A stretch of 64,000 nt of DNA, taken from the NCBI GenBank assembly GCA_038227875.1, contig JBBRPR010000014.1:117401-181400 (forward strand), given 5' to 3'. The position numbers and the translations under genes were made by a program. Positions 1 to 8,995 of the stretch are shown piece after piece. Position 1 is the first letter of the stretch; each line of letters opens with the position of its first letter. The notes beneath the pieces are model-generated. The model worked only from the letters and a program-made list of their open reading frames with translations. It ran no database searches and had not been told where the DNA came from. The DNA is from Planctomycetota bacterium (GTDB taxonomy: Bacteria > Planctomycetota > SZUA-567 > H5-PLA8).

Positions 1-267
1 GCCTGCAACCTCACCAACCGTTTCCCGAACAACCACGGCGCGCCGCTGCATCTCGGCGATCCGCGCGAAATCGGCGCCGATCTCGATCATCCGATTGTCG
101 GAGAGCCCGTGAAAAACATTCCCGCTGGTGTGATGCCGGTGTTCTGGGCCTGCGGTGTGACGCCTCAGCGCGTAGCGCTGGAATCGAAACCCGACTTGAT
201 GATCACACACGCGCCGGCGCATGCGTTCGTGACCGATTTGCGCGTGGAACAATTCTGCCTTCCTTAG
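1..267 (+). CDS. DUF1445 / putative hydro-lyase (D-glutamate cyclase-like), 3' end only
   Basis: Frame 1 reads HGAPLHLGDP...PVFWACGVTPQ...ITHAPAHAFVTD, ending at TAG 265-267; these motifs are typical of DUF1445. Confidence 0.8.
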   Translation, partial: ACNLTNRFPNNHGAPLHLGDPREIGADLDHPIVGEPVKNIPAGVMPVFWACGVTPQRVALESKPDLMITHAPAHAFVTDLRVEQFCLP

Positions 268-291
268 CCTCAACCTTCCTGGAGAACTGAA

Positions 292-1338
292 ATGAAGACG
301 TTGCGTTTTGGTGTGATCGGATGCGGTTTCATGGGCGGGCTTCATGTACTGAACGCCAAGAGCATCCCTGATGTGAATGTGGTCGCCTACGCTGATGTGC
401 GGAAAGAATCGGCGGAGCAATTCCTGAAAGAGTACGGCGGCGATTATGCGACGAACGACGCAGATCGTATTTTCGCTGACAAGAACATCGACGCGGTGCT
501 GATCCAGACCGGCGAGCGCTACCATCCGGCGCTGGGCATTTCGGCGGCGAAGGCTGGCAAGCACACGTTTATGGAGAAACCGGTCGCGGTCACAGTAGAA
601 GACGCCCTGGCGCTCGAACGCGAAGTGCGCAAATCCAAGGTGAAGTACCTCGTCGGGTTGTGCAATCGGCTCGCGCCAGCAGTGAAACGCGCCAAGGAAC
701 TGCTCCCGCGACCGTGGATAACGTACGGGCAGTGCTCCGACACGGTCTCCGCGCAGGCTTGCCACAATCTCGATTTGATCGTTCACCTTTTCCACACCGC
801 GCCGCTGGTCAGCATCTACGCGGCAGGCGGATCGTACTATGAACTCGATAAGCATCTGCCCGCCGATAGTTTCATTGCGACGCTGCGTTTCGCCGACGGT
901 TCGCAGGCCTGTTACATTCAGCACGGAAAGGCCTACAACGCGCTGATGACGAAGTACTCGTTCCAGCTTTTCGGCAAGGACCGCAGTGTCTTCCTGTCGC
1001 GGCGCTTCAAGGAATGTCATCTCAGCACCAATCTGAAAGCGCCTGATTTCTCGACTGTGTTTGCGGGCCCGGATTTCACGCCGACGAATTCCGCCGAGCA
1101 CCACAAGGACGTACGCGGTCCGCACGGCTACATGGGTCACTACGATGAACTCGTCGCGCTCTGCGATGCCATCCGCAACGACACCGAGCCGCCGATGACC
1201 ATCGAACACGGCCGCCATGTGCTGCAGGTGGAGAAAGCGATCTTCGAATCAATCACGACGGGAGCGCTGGTGGACTATCCGAAGTTTTTAGCGCGCTGGG
1301 ATTCGAAACAGCCGTGCGAAACGGCGAACAAGCAGTAA
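292..1338 (+). CDS. Gfo/Idh/MocA family oxidoreductase
   Basis: GVIGCGFMG Rossmann motif and MEKP motif; GGAG RBS upstream. Confidence 0.9.
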   Translation: MKTLRFGVIGCGFMGGLHVLNAKSIPDVNVVAYADVRKESAEQFLKEYGGDYATNDADRIFADKNIDAVLIQTGERYHPALGISAAKAGKHTFMEKPVAVTVEDALALEREVRKSKVKYLVGLCNRLAPAVKRAKELLPRPWITYGQCSDTVSAQACHNLDLIVHLFHTAPLVSIYAAGGSYYELDKHLPADSFIATLRFADGSQACYIQHGKAYNALMTKYSFQLFGKDRSVFLSRRFKECHLSTNLKAPDFSTVFAGPDFTPTNSAEHHKDVRGPHGYMGHYDELVALCDAIRNDTEPPMTIEHGRHVLQVEKAIFESITTGALVDYPKFLARWDSKQPCETANKQ

Positions 1339-1363
1339 GCAGAGCCATTGGACGCAAGACCAC

Positions 1364-1402
1364 GCTGAGGCGGCCGCTGTAGGGCCGCCTCAGCTATTTT
1401 AT
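1364..1402. terminator. Intrinsic terminator hairpin between convergent genes
   Basis: GCTGAGGCGGCC-N7-GGCCGCCTCAGC followed by TATTTTAT. Confidence 0.7.
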
Positions 1403-1403
1403 T

Positions 1404-2150
1404 TCAGCGCCGAATATCCGTTACCTTTGCAATATTTTCTCCAACTTCCCCACTCACCAGAAACACCGGCCCAAAGTGGTTCGCGACATCGACGCGTGTG
1501 GTCTTTGCGTTGGCGTAGCGCATGGTATATCCGGCGCGGCGGCGCTCGCTGAAATTCGCGTCGCTGCCATGCAGGATGTACGAGTCGTGAATTGAAATCT
1601 CGCCCGCCGCCAACTCCACCGGGACGGCCAGCTTTTCGAGCTCCGGTGAGACTTCGACTTTCAGGTTGAAGACGTCGTCGCCTTTTTCGTAGACGATGGC
1701 CATTTCGGGAAAGCCCTGCTGCGAGGACGGAATGACATTCATGCAGCCGTTGCCCGTGTCGGCGTTGTCGATGGCCAGCCAGACCGTGACGATGTCGGTG
1801 CCTTTCACCGAGGTCCACGTCGGCCGATCCTGATGCCACGCAACCTTCTTGCCTTCGCGCGCCGGTTTGACGATCAGGTGCGACATGATCAGCACGAGAT
1901 CGTTGCCCAGCACAGACCTCACCGCATCGAGCACCTTCGGATGTCGGCAGAGCTCCAGCCAGTACAGGCTTTTTACGTGCGGTTCGGTGAGGTACTCCGG
2001 GCGCACGTCCTTGTTCTCGGCCATGAGCTTGTCGAGCTCGGCGCGCGCATGCGCGATTTCGTCATTCGACAAGGTCTGATCGAAGACGCAGTAACCTTCC
2101 GTACTGAACTGCCTGGGGTTGGTATTGAGCCGGCCGGTCGTGACGTTCAT
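1404..2150 (-). CDS. Phytanoyl-CoA dioxygenase (PhyH) family Fe(II)/2OG dioxygenase
   Basis: WHQD and HGS..N.S.RRR motifs; start moved to MNVTT (ATG at 2150) behind an AAGGAG RBS. Confidence 0.85.
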   Translation of the reverse strand: MNVTTGRLNTNPRQFSTEGYCVFDQTLSNDEIAHARAELDKLMAENKDVRPEYLTEPHVKSLYWLELCRHPKVLDAVRSVLGNDLVLIMSHLIVKPAREGKKVAWHQDRPTWTSVKGTDIVTVWLAIDNADTGNGCMNVIPSSQQGFPEMAIVYEKGDDVFNLKVEVSPELEKLAVPVELAAGEISIHDSYILHGSDANFSERRRAGYTMRYANAKTTRVDVANHFGPVFLVSGEVGENIAKVTDIRR

Positions 2151-2238
2151 TTCAGCATTCTCCTTTGAAGGGTGCACCATACTGCACCAGTAAAAGGCTA
2201 AAGCGACGGAATCGGGATTCAATATCTTTCTGGTGGAA

Positions 2239-3270
2239 TTATTTTGAGGTCGATTGACGGATGCGCAGCACAGGCGCGATGGTCGCGCGCTCAGGTGGGC
2301 CCTTCGGATTCGCGACCCGACGACGCAACATGCTCAGGAGTTCCTCGGCCGTCTGCTCAAAGGAATACAGCACCGACGTTGTGGGCACGACCATCTCGTT
2401 GGGATCAACACTGTCGTCGAATCCGGCGACGGCGATGTCTTTCGGCACACGCAGACCCGCTTCAGCCAGCGCGCGCTGTCCGCCCATGGCCATGTAGTCG
2501 TTGAAGTAAAAAATCGCGCGAGGCCGCTGTCCATTCGACAGCAACGCCTTCGTCGCCTCGTAACCTCCCCGATACGAATTGGGACCGATGGGCATCCAGG
2601 CCTTCTGCGGCCTGACTCCGGCGCGCTTAAGTATCTCCAAATATCCCGCGAGGCGCTCGTCCCTCGCGTCGTGGCTGATACCCACATATGCCACCGCCGG
2701 CCCAAAGCGTTCCACGAGATGCCCGACCACCTGGCGCGCGCCGCTAAGCACATCCGCGCAGACAAAATCGCAGTCCGCCTCGCCCGCTCCAAAGGCTGCG
2801 ACGGCAAGGTTCAGTTTGCGAATCGCTGCGGGCATCGAGTTGCCTTGCATGACCAACCCCTGAGCGCCACGCGCTACGAGCGACTTGGCGAACGCCAATG
2901 AAACGCTTCCGTTGTCTTCGGGGGTATGCAGCATCAGCGAGATGCCGTCGCGCGCCGCCGCGCGCTCGATGGCCCGGACGCTTTTCGAGAAGTACGGGTT
3001 TTCCAGTTGGGAGACGCTCAGTCCCACCAGCGTCAGCGCGGCTGTCGGCTTCGTTCGCGAAACGAATGTGCCTTTGCCTTTCACGCGCGTGAGCAGACCT
3101 TCGTTAACGAGCGACGCCACGGCCTTATTGGCGGTCTTGAAGTTGACGCTGTAGCGCTGGGAGAGTTCGCGTTCGCCGGGCACTTTTCCGGTGAAGCGGC
3201 GGGCCTGGATGTCGCGGCGCAGACTTTCCGCGACTTGTTTATAGAGGGGTTCGTCGACCTTGAATTGCAT
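2239..3270 (-). CDS. GntR-HTH / LacI-type sugar-binding hybrid regulator (AraR-like)
   Basis: N-terminal PLYKQV...PGERELSQRY...GKGTFV; C-terminal NDYMAMG and VAGFDD periplasmic-binding fold. Confidence 0.9.
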   Translation of the reverse strand: MQFKVDEPLYKQVAESLRRDIQARRFTGKVPGERELSQRYSVNFKTANKAVASLVNEGLLTRVKGKGTFVSRTKPTAALTLVGLSVSQLENPYFSKSVRAIERAAARDGISLMLHTPEDNGSVSLAFAKSLVARGAQGLVMQGNSMPAAIRKLNLAVAAFGAGEADCDFVCADVLSGARQVVGHLVERFGPAVAYVGISHDARDERLAGYLEILKRAGVRPQKAWMPIGPNSYRGGYEATKALLSNGQRPRAIFYFNDYMAMGGQRALAEAGLRVPKDIAVAGFDDSVDPNEMVVPTTSVLYSFEQTAEELLSMLRRRVANPKGPPERATIAPVLRIRQSTSK

Positions 3271-3306
3271 GCCGTCTTGTAGCGCGCCGGCACGCGGCGG
3301 GCAACG

Positions 3307-4419
3307 TCACGCGTCGATTTCGCCGGGCAGCAGACCCAGCGGCAACGGCTTGGGTTTGACGCAGGTCGTCGCCAGTTCGATGTACTTCTTCTGCTCGGAT
3401 GCTTCCAGCAGCGAGGCCATGGCGTCGAGCACGTGGACACTGAGCTCGTCGCTGGCGCGGTGCGGGCGGTTGGAAACGATTGCCTGCGCCATATCGGCCA
3501 GGCCCAGTCCGCGCGAATTCTCTGCGTAGCCGTGCGTCAGCGGAACTTCCGACCAGTCCTTCGCGCCCTCTCGCTTGATGCGCACGGGTCCGCCGAACGT
3601 ATTGGGATCCGGTACGCTCATCGAGCCGGCCGTACCGTAGATTTCAATGCGCGGGAGCTCCGCGGCCCAGACATCGAAGCTCATCATGATCGTCGCGATC
3701 GCGCCGGTCTTGAATTCGAGCGTGCCGGCCACGTGCGTCGGCGTATTGACCTTGATCTTCGTGCCGTACTTCGGCTGGCTGGTGATCGTCCGTTCCGGAA
3801 AAGTCGCCCGCGCGGAACACGAGACGCGCTGAATCGGTCCGATCAGGAAGGCGAGGGCAGTCAGGTAATACGGTCCCATGTCGAAGAGCGGACCGGCCCC
3901 CTGCTGGTAAACGAACGTCGCGTCGGGATGCCAATTTTCGGGACCGTGCGAAGCCATGAACGCCGTAGCGCCGATCGGTTCGCCGATCCAACCGTCGTCG
4001 ATCAATTTTCGGCAGGTCTGCAAACCAGCGCCAAGGAACGTGTCGGGCGCGCAGCCGACGCGGAGGTTTTTGCTTTTCGCAAACTTCACGACTTTCTGCC
4101 CATCGGCGCGGTTGATCGCCAGCGGTTTCTCGCCGTAGACGTGTTTGCCGGCCTCCAGTCCCTGCAGCGAGACTTCGGCGTGCGCTTGCGGAATGGTGAG
4201 GTTCACGAGGATTTCCACGTCGGATGCGGTGAGCAGTTCGGCTACCGAGCAGGCGCGCGGAATCTTGAATTCGGCCGCGCGGGCTTTGGCGCGTTCCAGA
4301 TCGATGTCCGCGCACGCGACGATCTCGAGATTGCGGAATTTCTGCCCCGATTGCAAGTAGACGGCACTGATGTTGCCGCAGCCAATGACTCCAACTTTCG
4401 TCCGGCGTGGTGCGCTCAT
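3307..4419 (-). CDS. Gfo/Idh/MocA family oxidoreductase
   Basis: GVIGCGNIS, YGEKP, DMGPYY; paralog of 60645..61745. Confidence 0.9.
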   Translation of the reverse strand: MSAPRRTKVGVIGCGNISAVYLQSGQKFRNLEIVACADIDLERAKARAAEFKIPRACSVAELLTASDVEILVNLTIPQAHAEVSLQGLEAGKHVYGEKPLAINRADGQKVVKFAKSKNLRVGCAPDTFLGAGLQTCRKLIDDGWIGEPIGATAFMASHGPENWHPDATFVYQQGAGPLFDMGPYYLTALAFLIGPIQRVSCSARATFPERTITSQPKYGTKIKVNTPTHVAGTLEFKTGAIATIMMSFDVWAAELPRIEIYGTAGSMSVPDPNTFGGPVRIKREGAKDWSEVPLTHGYAENSRGLGLADMAQAIVSNRPHRASDELSVHVLDAMASLLEASEQKKYIELATTCVKPKPLPLGLLPGEIDA

Positions 4420-4440
4420 GAGCTCTCCAGGATTCGATTG

Positions 4441-5232
4441 TTACCAGGACGGAATGGGCTTCTGCAGGGGATTTTCGATCCACAAGAACTGGCCGTTGAT
4501 TGCTTTGGACTCCTCGCTGATCAGCTTCAGGACCAGGTCCGACGCTTTGTTCGGGTCGTCGCCGCCGGTCTGCTCGACCCACTTCACCCAGTTCATGCAG
4601 CCTTTGCCGTTGTCGCCCTGTTCCTGCGCCATGTCGCGCATGTCGGCCCACATCGCGGTTTTCACTTCGCCGGGATGGATGACATTGGCGGTGACGTTTG
4701 TGTCTTTCAGTTCGGCGGCGAGATGGCGTGTAAAATGATTCAGCGCCACTTTGCTTGTCGCGTACGCGCTGTTCATCGGGCCAGGAACATGAAGCGCCGC
4801 GGCGGAACTGAAATTGATGATGCGGCCCCACTTCTGGTTGATCATTTCGCCTACGAACGCGCGGCAGGTCAGGTACGGGCCGATCGTGTTGACCATGATC
4901 GTCTCGATCCACTCTTTAGGGTCGGTATCTTTGAACATCTGCAGCGGTCCGAACATGCCGGCGGCGTTGACCAGAATATTCGGCGCGCCGACTTCAGCGA
5001 CAATCTTGCCCTGGAGTTTGGCGACCTGATCCACATCCGCGACGTTGGCGCTGAATGGCGTCGAAATACCGCCGGCCTTCTTGATTTGCTCGGCCGTTTC
5101 GATCAGCGCTTTTTCAGTCCGCGCGACCAGCACGACGTGCGCCCCTTGCTTGGCCAGCGCCAGCGCCACGGTCTGTCCCAACCCGCGGCTGGATCCGGTG
5201 ATCAGCGCGATTTTGCCGCTCAGTGTTCCCAT
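4441..5232 (-). CDS. Short-chain dehydrogenase/reductase
   Basis: TGSSRGLG, NAAG and YATSK (YxxxK). Confidence 0.9.
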   Translation of the reverse strand: MGTLSGKIALITGSSRGLGQTVALALAKQGAHVVLVARTEKALIETAEQIKKAGGISTPFSANVADVDQVAKLQGKIVAEVGAPNILVNAAGMFGPLQMFKDTDPKEWIETIMVNTIGPYLTCRAFVGEMINQKWGRIINFSSAAALHVPGPMNSAYATSKVALNHFTRHLAAELKDTNVTANVIHPGEVKTAMWADMRDMAQEQGDNGKGCMNWVKWVEQTGGDDPNKASDLVLKLISEESKAINGQFLWIENPLQKPIPSW

Positions 5233-5334
5233 TGTTTTCTGCTCCTCTAAAATCTGGTGAGGTTCAATTATGACGCATCAACCGTTCGGACCCAATAGCC
5301 GCGATGGTCATTCGCATGTGTTATTTGATGTGGC

Positions 5335-5847
5335 TCACGAATGAGACGTTCCCGATTGTCGCTGCTGCCGGAGGTATAAAATCAGATCCGTGATCTCCGG
5401 CGTCTGCCCGAGCTGCCGGAGCAGCGTCGCGACCTGGCCGCGATGATACGTCGAATGATTGGCGACGTGGAGCATCATTCCGCCGAGCTGCTGCGTCGAA
5501 ACTTCGCCCTTCAGGCTCGTGATCGTCTGATCCGCCTGAAGCGATTCCGTTGTCTGCGCGGCGACGAACGCTTGCAGCTCTTTTGCCAGTTCCACCCAGC
5601 GCGTGTGGAGCGAGCCAGGCGTCGGGAAGTCGGCGGAATTCCAGAGTTGCGGCTTGGCGTTGTCCCGCCAGCGCGAGAGCCACAGCCACTGCGCGGAGAT
5701 CGTGTGCACGGCCGTGTCCCGGATGGACGTGTGGCTGCTGCTCAGCGCGCGCGTCCACTGCTCGTCATTCAGGCGCGTGAGCGCCGCGAACATCCGCGTG
5801 TCAGCCCACTGCGTGTAGGCGTACATCAGCTGCACTGTGGAAAGCAT
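5335..5847 (-). CDS. DinB/YfiT family protein
   Basis: SIRDTAVH and HVANHSTYHRGQ metal-binding histidines. Confidence 0.85.
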   Translation of the reverse strand: MLSTVQLMYAYTQWADTRMFAALTRLNDEQWTRALSSSHTSIRDTAVHTISAQWLWLSRWRDNAKPQLWNSADFPTPGSLHTRWVELAKELQAFVAAQTTESLQADQTITSLKGEVSTQQLGGMMLHVANHSTYHRGQVATLLRQLGQTPEITDLILYLRQQRQSGTSHS

Positions 5848-5958
5848 GGTTTCTCCTCATTGCTAATGACGACGTTTTCAGGCGCGGATTTTTTGGCAGT
5901 TTCCAGCGTGCTTGCGCGACTTGTCTTTGTGGAAAACCCCGGAATACTCAGCGCCACT

Positions 5959-7563
5959 ATGTGGAAACCTAAATCCTTACTGGCGGTCCTTATTCTGTCG
6001 CAGGCGTTTACGCTGACAGCCGCGGACGCCGACAAGCCAAAGTTGTTCGCGATGCCGGCCATGCCGCCGTTGGGCGCGAACAAGTGGTCGGCCGCGCCGG
6101 TCGTGGTGCCGCTGACGGTCGCCACCGATGCGGAGCTTCCCAAGACGGTGCCGGCTGCCGAGGCCGTGACGCTCAATGGCGAATTGCCGCTGCTTGATCC
6201 CAAAGGAAAACCGATCGTTGTGCGCCGCGACAAGGACGGCGGCGGCGTCGAGACCGGGCTGGGCATCGATTCCGGCGGACTGAACAATTTCTTCGTCAAG
6301 GTTCCCGCCTCCGACAAGCAGGGTCGCGTGATCACGTTCGATGTGCCGCGCGGCCCCGATCCGGCCACGCAGCGCGCGCGGACCGATCACTATCCGCTCC
6401 GGATTTTCGCCGCCGATGGCAACTGGTTTTATCAGCGATCCGGCGGGCTCAAAGGAACGTTTCTCACGCAGCCGGTCTTCGTGATCGATGCCAATACCAA
6501 CGGCCGTTTTGATGACATCGGCGTGGATCTGATCGTCATTGGCAAGGCCGATCCCGTTCCGCTCAGCGCCACCCTGACGCTCAATAATGTTGCCTATGCA
6601 GTGAAGCTCGACGCTGGCGGCGGCGGTCCGCTGACGTTCACGCCGGTGACCTATCCCGAGCCTCTGGCGAAAGGCATCGCCCATTTGAACGAGTGGCGTG
6701 AGCACCTCGGGCTGCCGCCGGTCAAGCTGCATGACGAGATGTGCCGCTGGGCCTCGAATCACGCGAACTTCCTGATCAAGAACAACGTCATGGGATTGGG
6801 CGAAGATCCGGCCATGCCGGGATACTCCAAGGAAGGGGCGTGGTGTGGCGGGCATTCGTGCGTCGTCGCCGGGCCCGCGGACCTGATCCTGGGCATCGAT
6901 GAGCTCACCGATTCGGTCTTTCATCGCATTCTCCTGCTCTCGCCGTACCTGACCGTCACGGGCATGGCGTGGGCACCGGCTGATCCAAACCAGAACGGCA
7001 GCGTTCCCGAGACCGTGATCGACGTGGGCACTACGGGTGACACGAGCATCGACTGGCTGCAGCCGATTGCCTGTCCGTACGATGGGCAGCTGAATGTAAA
7101 GCCGATGTGGAGCGGCCTGGAAAATCCCGGCCCGATTCAAGGCGCGCCGCCGCCGGGCGGTGTGGGTTTTCCAATCACGCTGACGTTTCCGTCCTACAAG
7201 GCTACCAAGACGTTTTCGTTGCGCGTGGAAGGCGGGCCCGATACCGACATGCCCAAGGACGTCATGAGCGAACTGCATGAGGACGGCAACGCGGCAATGA
7301 TTGAATGCTGGGTCAGCGATCCGCAGCATCCGGCTCAGCCAGCGGTCTTCGGCGACAACCTCGCCTCGGTGACGATTACTCCCAAGGAACCGCTGAAGCC
7401 CGACACCGTTTACAGTGTCACCGTGAATTGTTCTTGGCGCGGGAAGCCATTCAAGAAACAGTGGCGCTTTTCCACCGGCGCCGCAGCCCTGGTGCCTCCG
7501 GTGAAGCCTGACGCACAACCCGTCTACCGGCGCAACGGGCTGCCACCCGTTCCCAATCGTTAG
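5959..7563 (+). CDS. Secreted CAP (SCP-like) domain protein with C-terminal Ig-like domain
   Basis: Signal peptide MWKPKSLLAVLIL..; LNEWREHLGLPPV...ASNHANFL...HRILLL (CAP); PKEPLKPDTVYSV...WRFST (Ig-like). Confidence 0.7.
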   Translation: MWKPKSLLAVLILSQAFTLTAADADKPKLFAMPAMPPLGANKWSAAPVVVPLTVATDAELPKTVPAAEAVTLNGELPLLDPKGKPIVVRRDKDGGGVETGLGIDSGGLNNFFVKVPASDKQGRVITFDVPRGPDPATQRARTDHYPLRIFAADGNWFYQRSGGLKGTFLTQPVFVIDANTNGRFDDIGVDLIVIGKADPVPLSATLTLNNVAYAVKLDAGGGGPLTFTPVTYPEPLAKGIAHLNEWREHLGLPPVKLHDEMCRWASNHANFLIKNNVMGLGEDPAMPGYSKEGAWCGGHSCVVAGPADLILGIDELTDSVFHRILLLSPYLTVTGMAWAPADPNQNGSVPETVIDVGTTGDTSIDWLQPIACPYDGQLNVKPMWSGLENPGPIQGAPPPGGVGFPITLTFPSYKATKTFSLRVEGGPDTDMPKDVMSELHEDGNAAMIECWVSDPQHPAQPAVFGDNLASVTITPKEPLKPDTVYSVTVNCSWRGKPFKKQWRFSTGAAALVPPVKPDAQPVYRRNGLPPVPNR

Positions 7564-7567
7564 GGCG

Positions 7568-8995
7568 CTAAGCTCCGCGCATCACTTCAACCTGCTTCAG
7601 CGCAAACGTCAGATCCTCTACCAGCGCCGTCGCGTCGGGATGGCGGCGCGCCGGATCTTTCGCCAGGCAGGTGTCGACAATGGAGGCTGTCGCGCTGGAG
7701 ACGTCCGGCCGGAATTTTCCCACGGGCGGGTGCGGCCTGTTGATGGTCTCGACGAAAATGTCGAATGGCGAGTCCGCCACGAACGGCAGCCGTCCGCAGA
7801 GCAGCAAATAGAGCGTCGCGCCGAAGCCGAAGATGTCCGCCGGTTTTCCGGCGCGGCGAGCGTCATGGATCTGCTCCGGCGCCATGAACCCGATCGTCCC
7901 CAGCGTCATGTTGCTCCCAGTCAAGCCTTCGCCGCCCTGCATTTCGTGCTTGGCCACGCCCAGGTCCGTGAGCTTCGCGCCGGAATAGCTCAGATCCAGA
8001 TGATCGGGCGTGTAGGGCACGAGGATGTTCTCGGGCTTGATGTCGCGATGGACGATGCCGCTTTCGTGCGCCTTGGCCAGTCCTTTCGCCGCCGACAGGC
8101 ACAACCGCAGCGCGTTCAGTTCGCTCAGGCCGATCTGGCCGTTTTGAATTTCCTGGATCAGGCAGGTGGTCGCGGACATGCCGTCGATGTACTCCATCAC
8201 CAGGTAGAGCAGCGAACCTTCCTGATCGATGTCGTAGACCTGGACGAGATGCGGCGAGTGAATCTGCGAGGCAATCTGCGCTTCGCGGTAAAAGCGCTCG
8301 GCCATGTTCATGTCGTCGCGGAAGAGCGCAGTGGAGACGACTTTCACCGCGACCTGGATTTTCGTGCGCGGATTATACCCGCGGTAGACCACGCCCATGC
8401 CGCCCTGGCCGATGCGCTGCAGCAGGATCACCTTGCCCAGCGTCGGCAGGGGGCGCCCGCGCTGCAGCACGCGCGCGGAGCCAATCAGCAGCGGATCGAA
8501 GGAGATCTCCGGCGTCTTGGGCATCAATTCCAGCGGCACATCCTGGTGTTCAAAGACCGGCGGGTCGTTCTTGGATACCGCGGCGACCAGCGTCGGACGT
8601 TCCGACGTTTGCGGCCGGGGCCGGAACGAGAGAATGCGTTCGGCCGCGTCGATGCGGCTTTTCAGTTCATCCAAAGCCACAGGTTTGCTTAAGAAAACGT
8701 CGGCCCCGGCGTCGATGCCGAGGATCAGATCCTGCGTTTCCTTCTTGCTGGTGAGCAGAATAATGTACACGTACTGCGACTTGGCGCTTTCGCGGATTTT
8801 GCGGCAGACATCCGGTCCATCCAGCCCCGGCATCATCCAATCCAGGATCACCAGCGCCGGTGGATCGTCGGACTGCAGAATCTTCAGCGCTTCCAGGCCG
8901 TCGCCGACGCTCGCCACGTCGTGCCCGCGCCGCGTCAGCGCGGTTTTCAGTACCAGCTGCGAGGTGGGATCGTCGTCGGCGACCAGGATTCTCAT
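7568..8995 (-). CDS. Response-regulator receiver fused to Hanks-type Ser/Thr kinase
   Basis: REC: ILVADDD, LDWMMP, FLSKP; kinase: GQGGMGVVY, VAVK, HRDIKPEN, DLG, APE; start overlaps upstream stop (ATGA). Confidence 0.9.
   Translation of the reverse strand: MRILVADDDPTSQLVLKTALTRRGHDVASVGDGLEALKILQSDDPPALVILDWMMPGLDGPDVCRKIRESAKSQYVYIILLTSKKETQDLILGIDAGADVFLSKPVALDELKSRIDAAERILSFRPRPQTSERPTLVAAVSKNDPPVFEHQDVPLELMPKTPEISFDPLLIGSARVLQRGRPLPTLGKVILLQRIGQGGMGVVYRGYNPRTKIQVAVKVVSTALFRDDMNMAERFYREAQIASQIHSPHLVQVYDIDQEGSLLYLVMEYIDGMSATTCLIQEIQNGQIGLSELNALRLCLSAAKGLAKAHESGIVHRDIKPENILVPYTPDHLDLSYSGAKLTDLGVAKHEMQGGEGLTGSNMTLGTIGFMAPEQIHDARRAGKPADIFGFGATLYLLLCGRLPFVADSPFDIFVETINRPHPPVGKFRPDVSSATASIVDTCLAKDPARRHPDATALVEDLTFALKQVEVMRGA

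Noticed and set aside
5443..5958. Long N-terminal extensions given by the ORF track (also 16420, 18415, 18988, 39528)
   Set aside because: They overlap other genes or repeats; downstream starts fit the RBS, signal peptide or family N-terminus better
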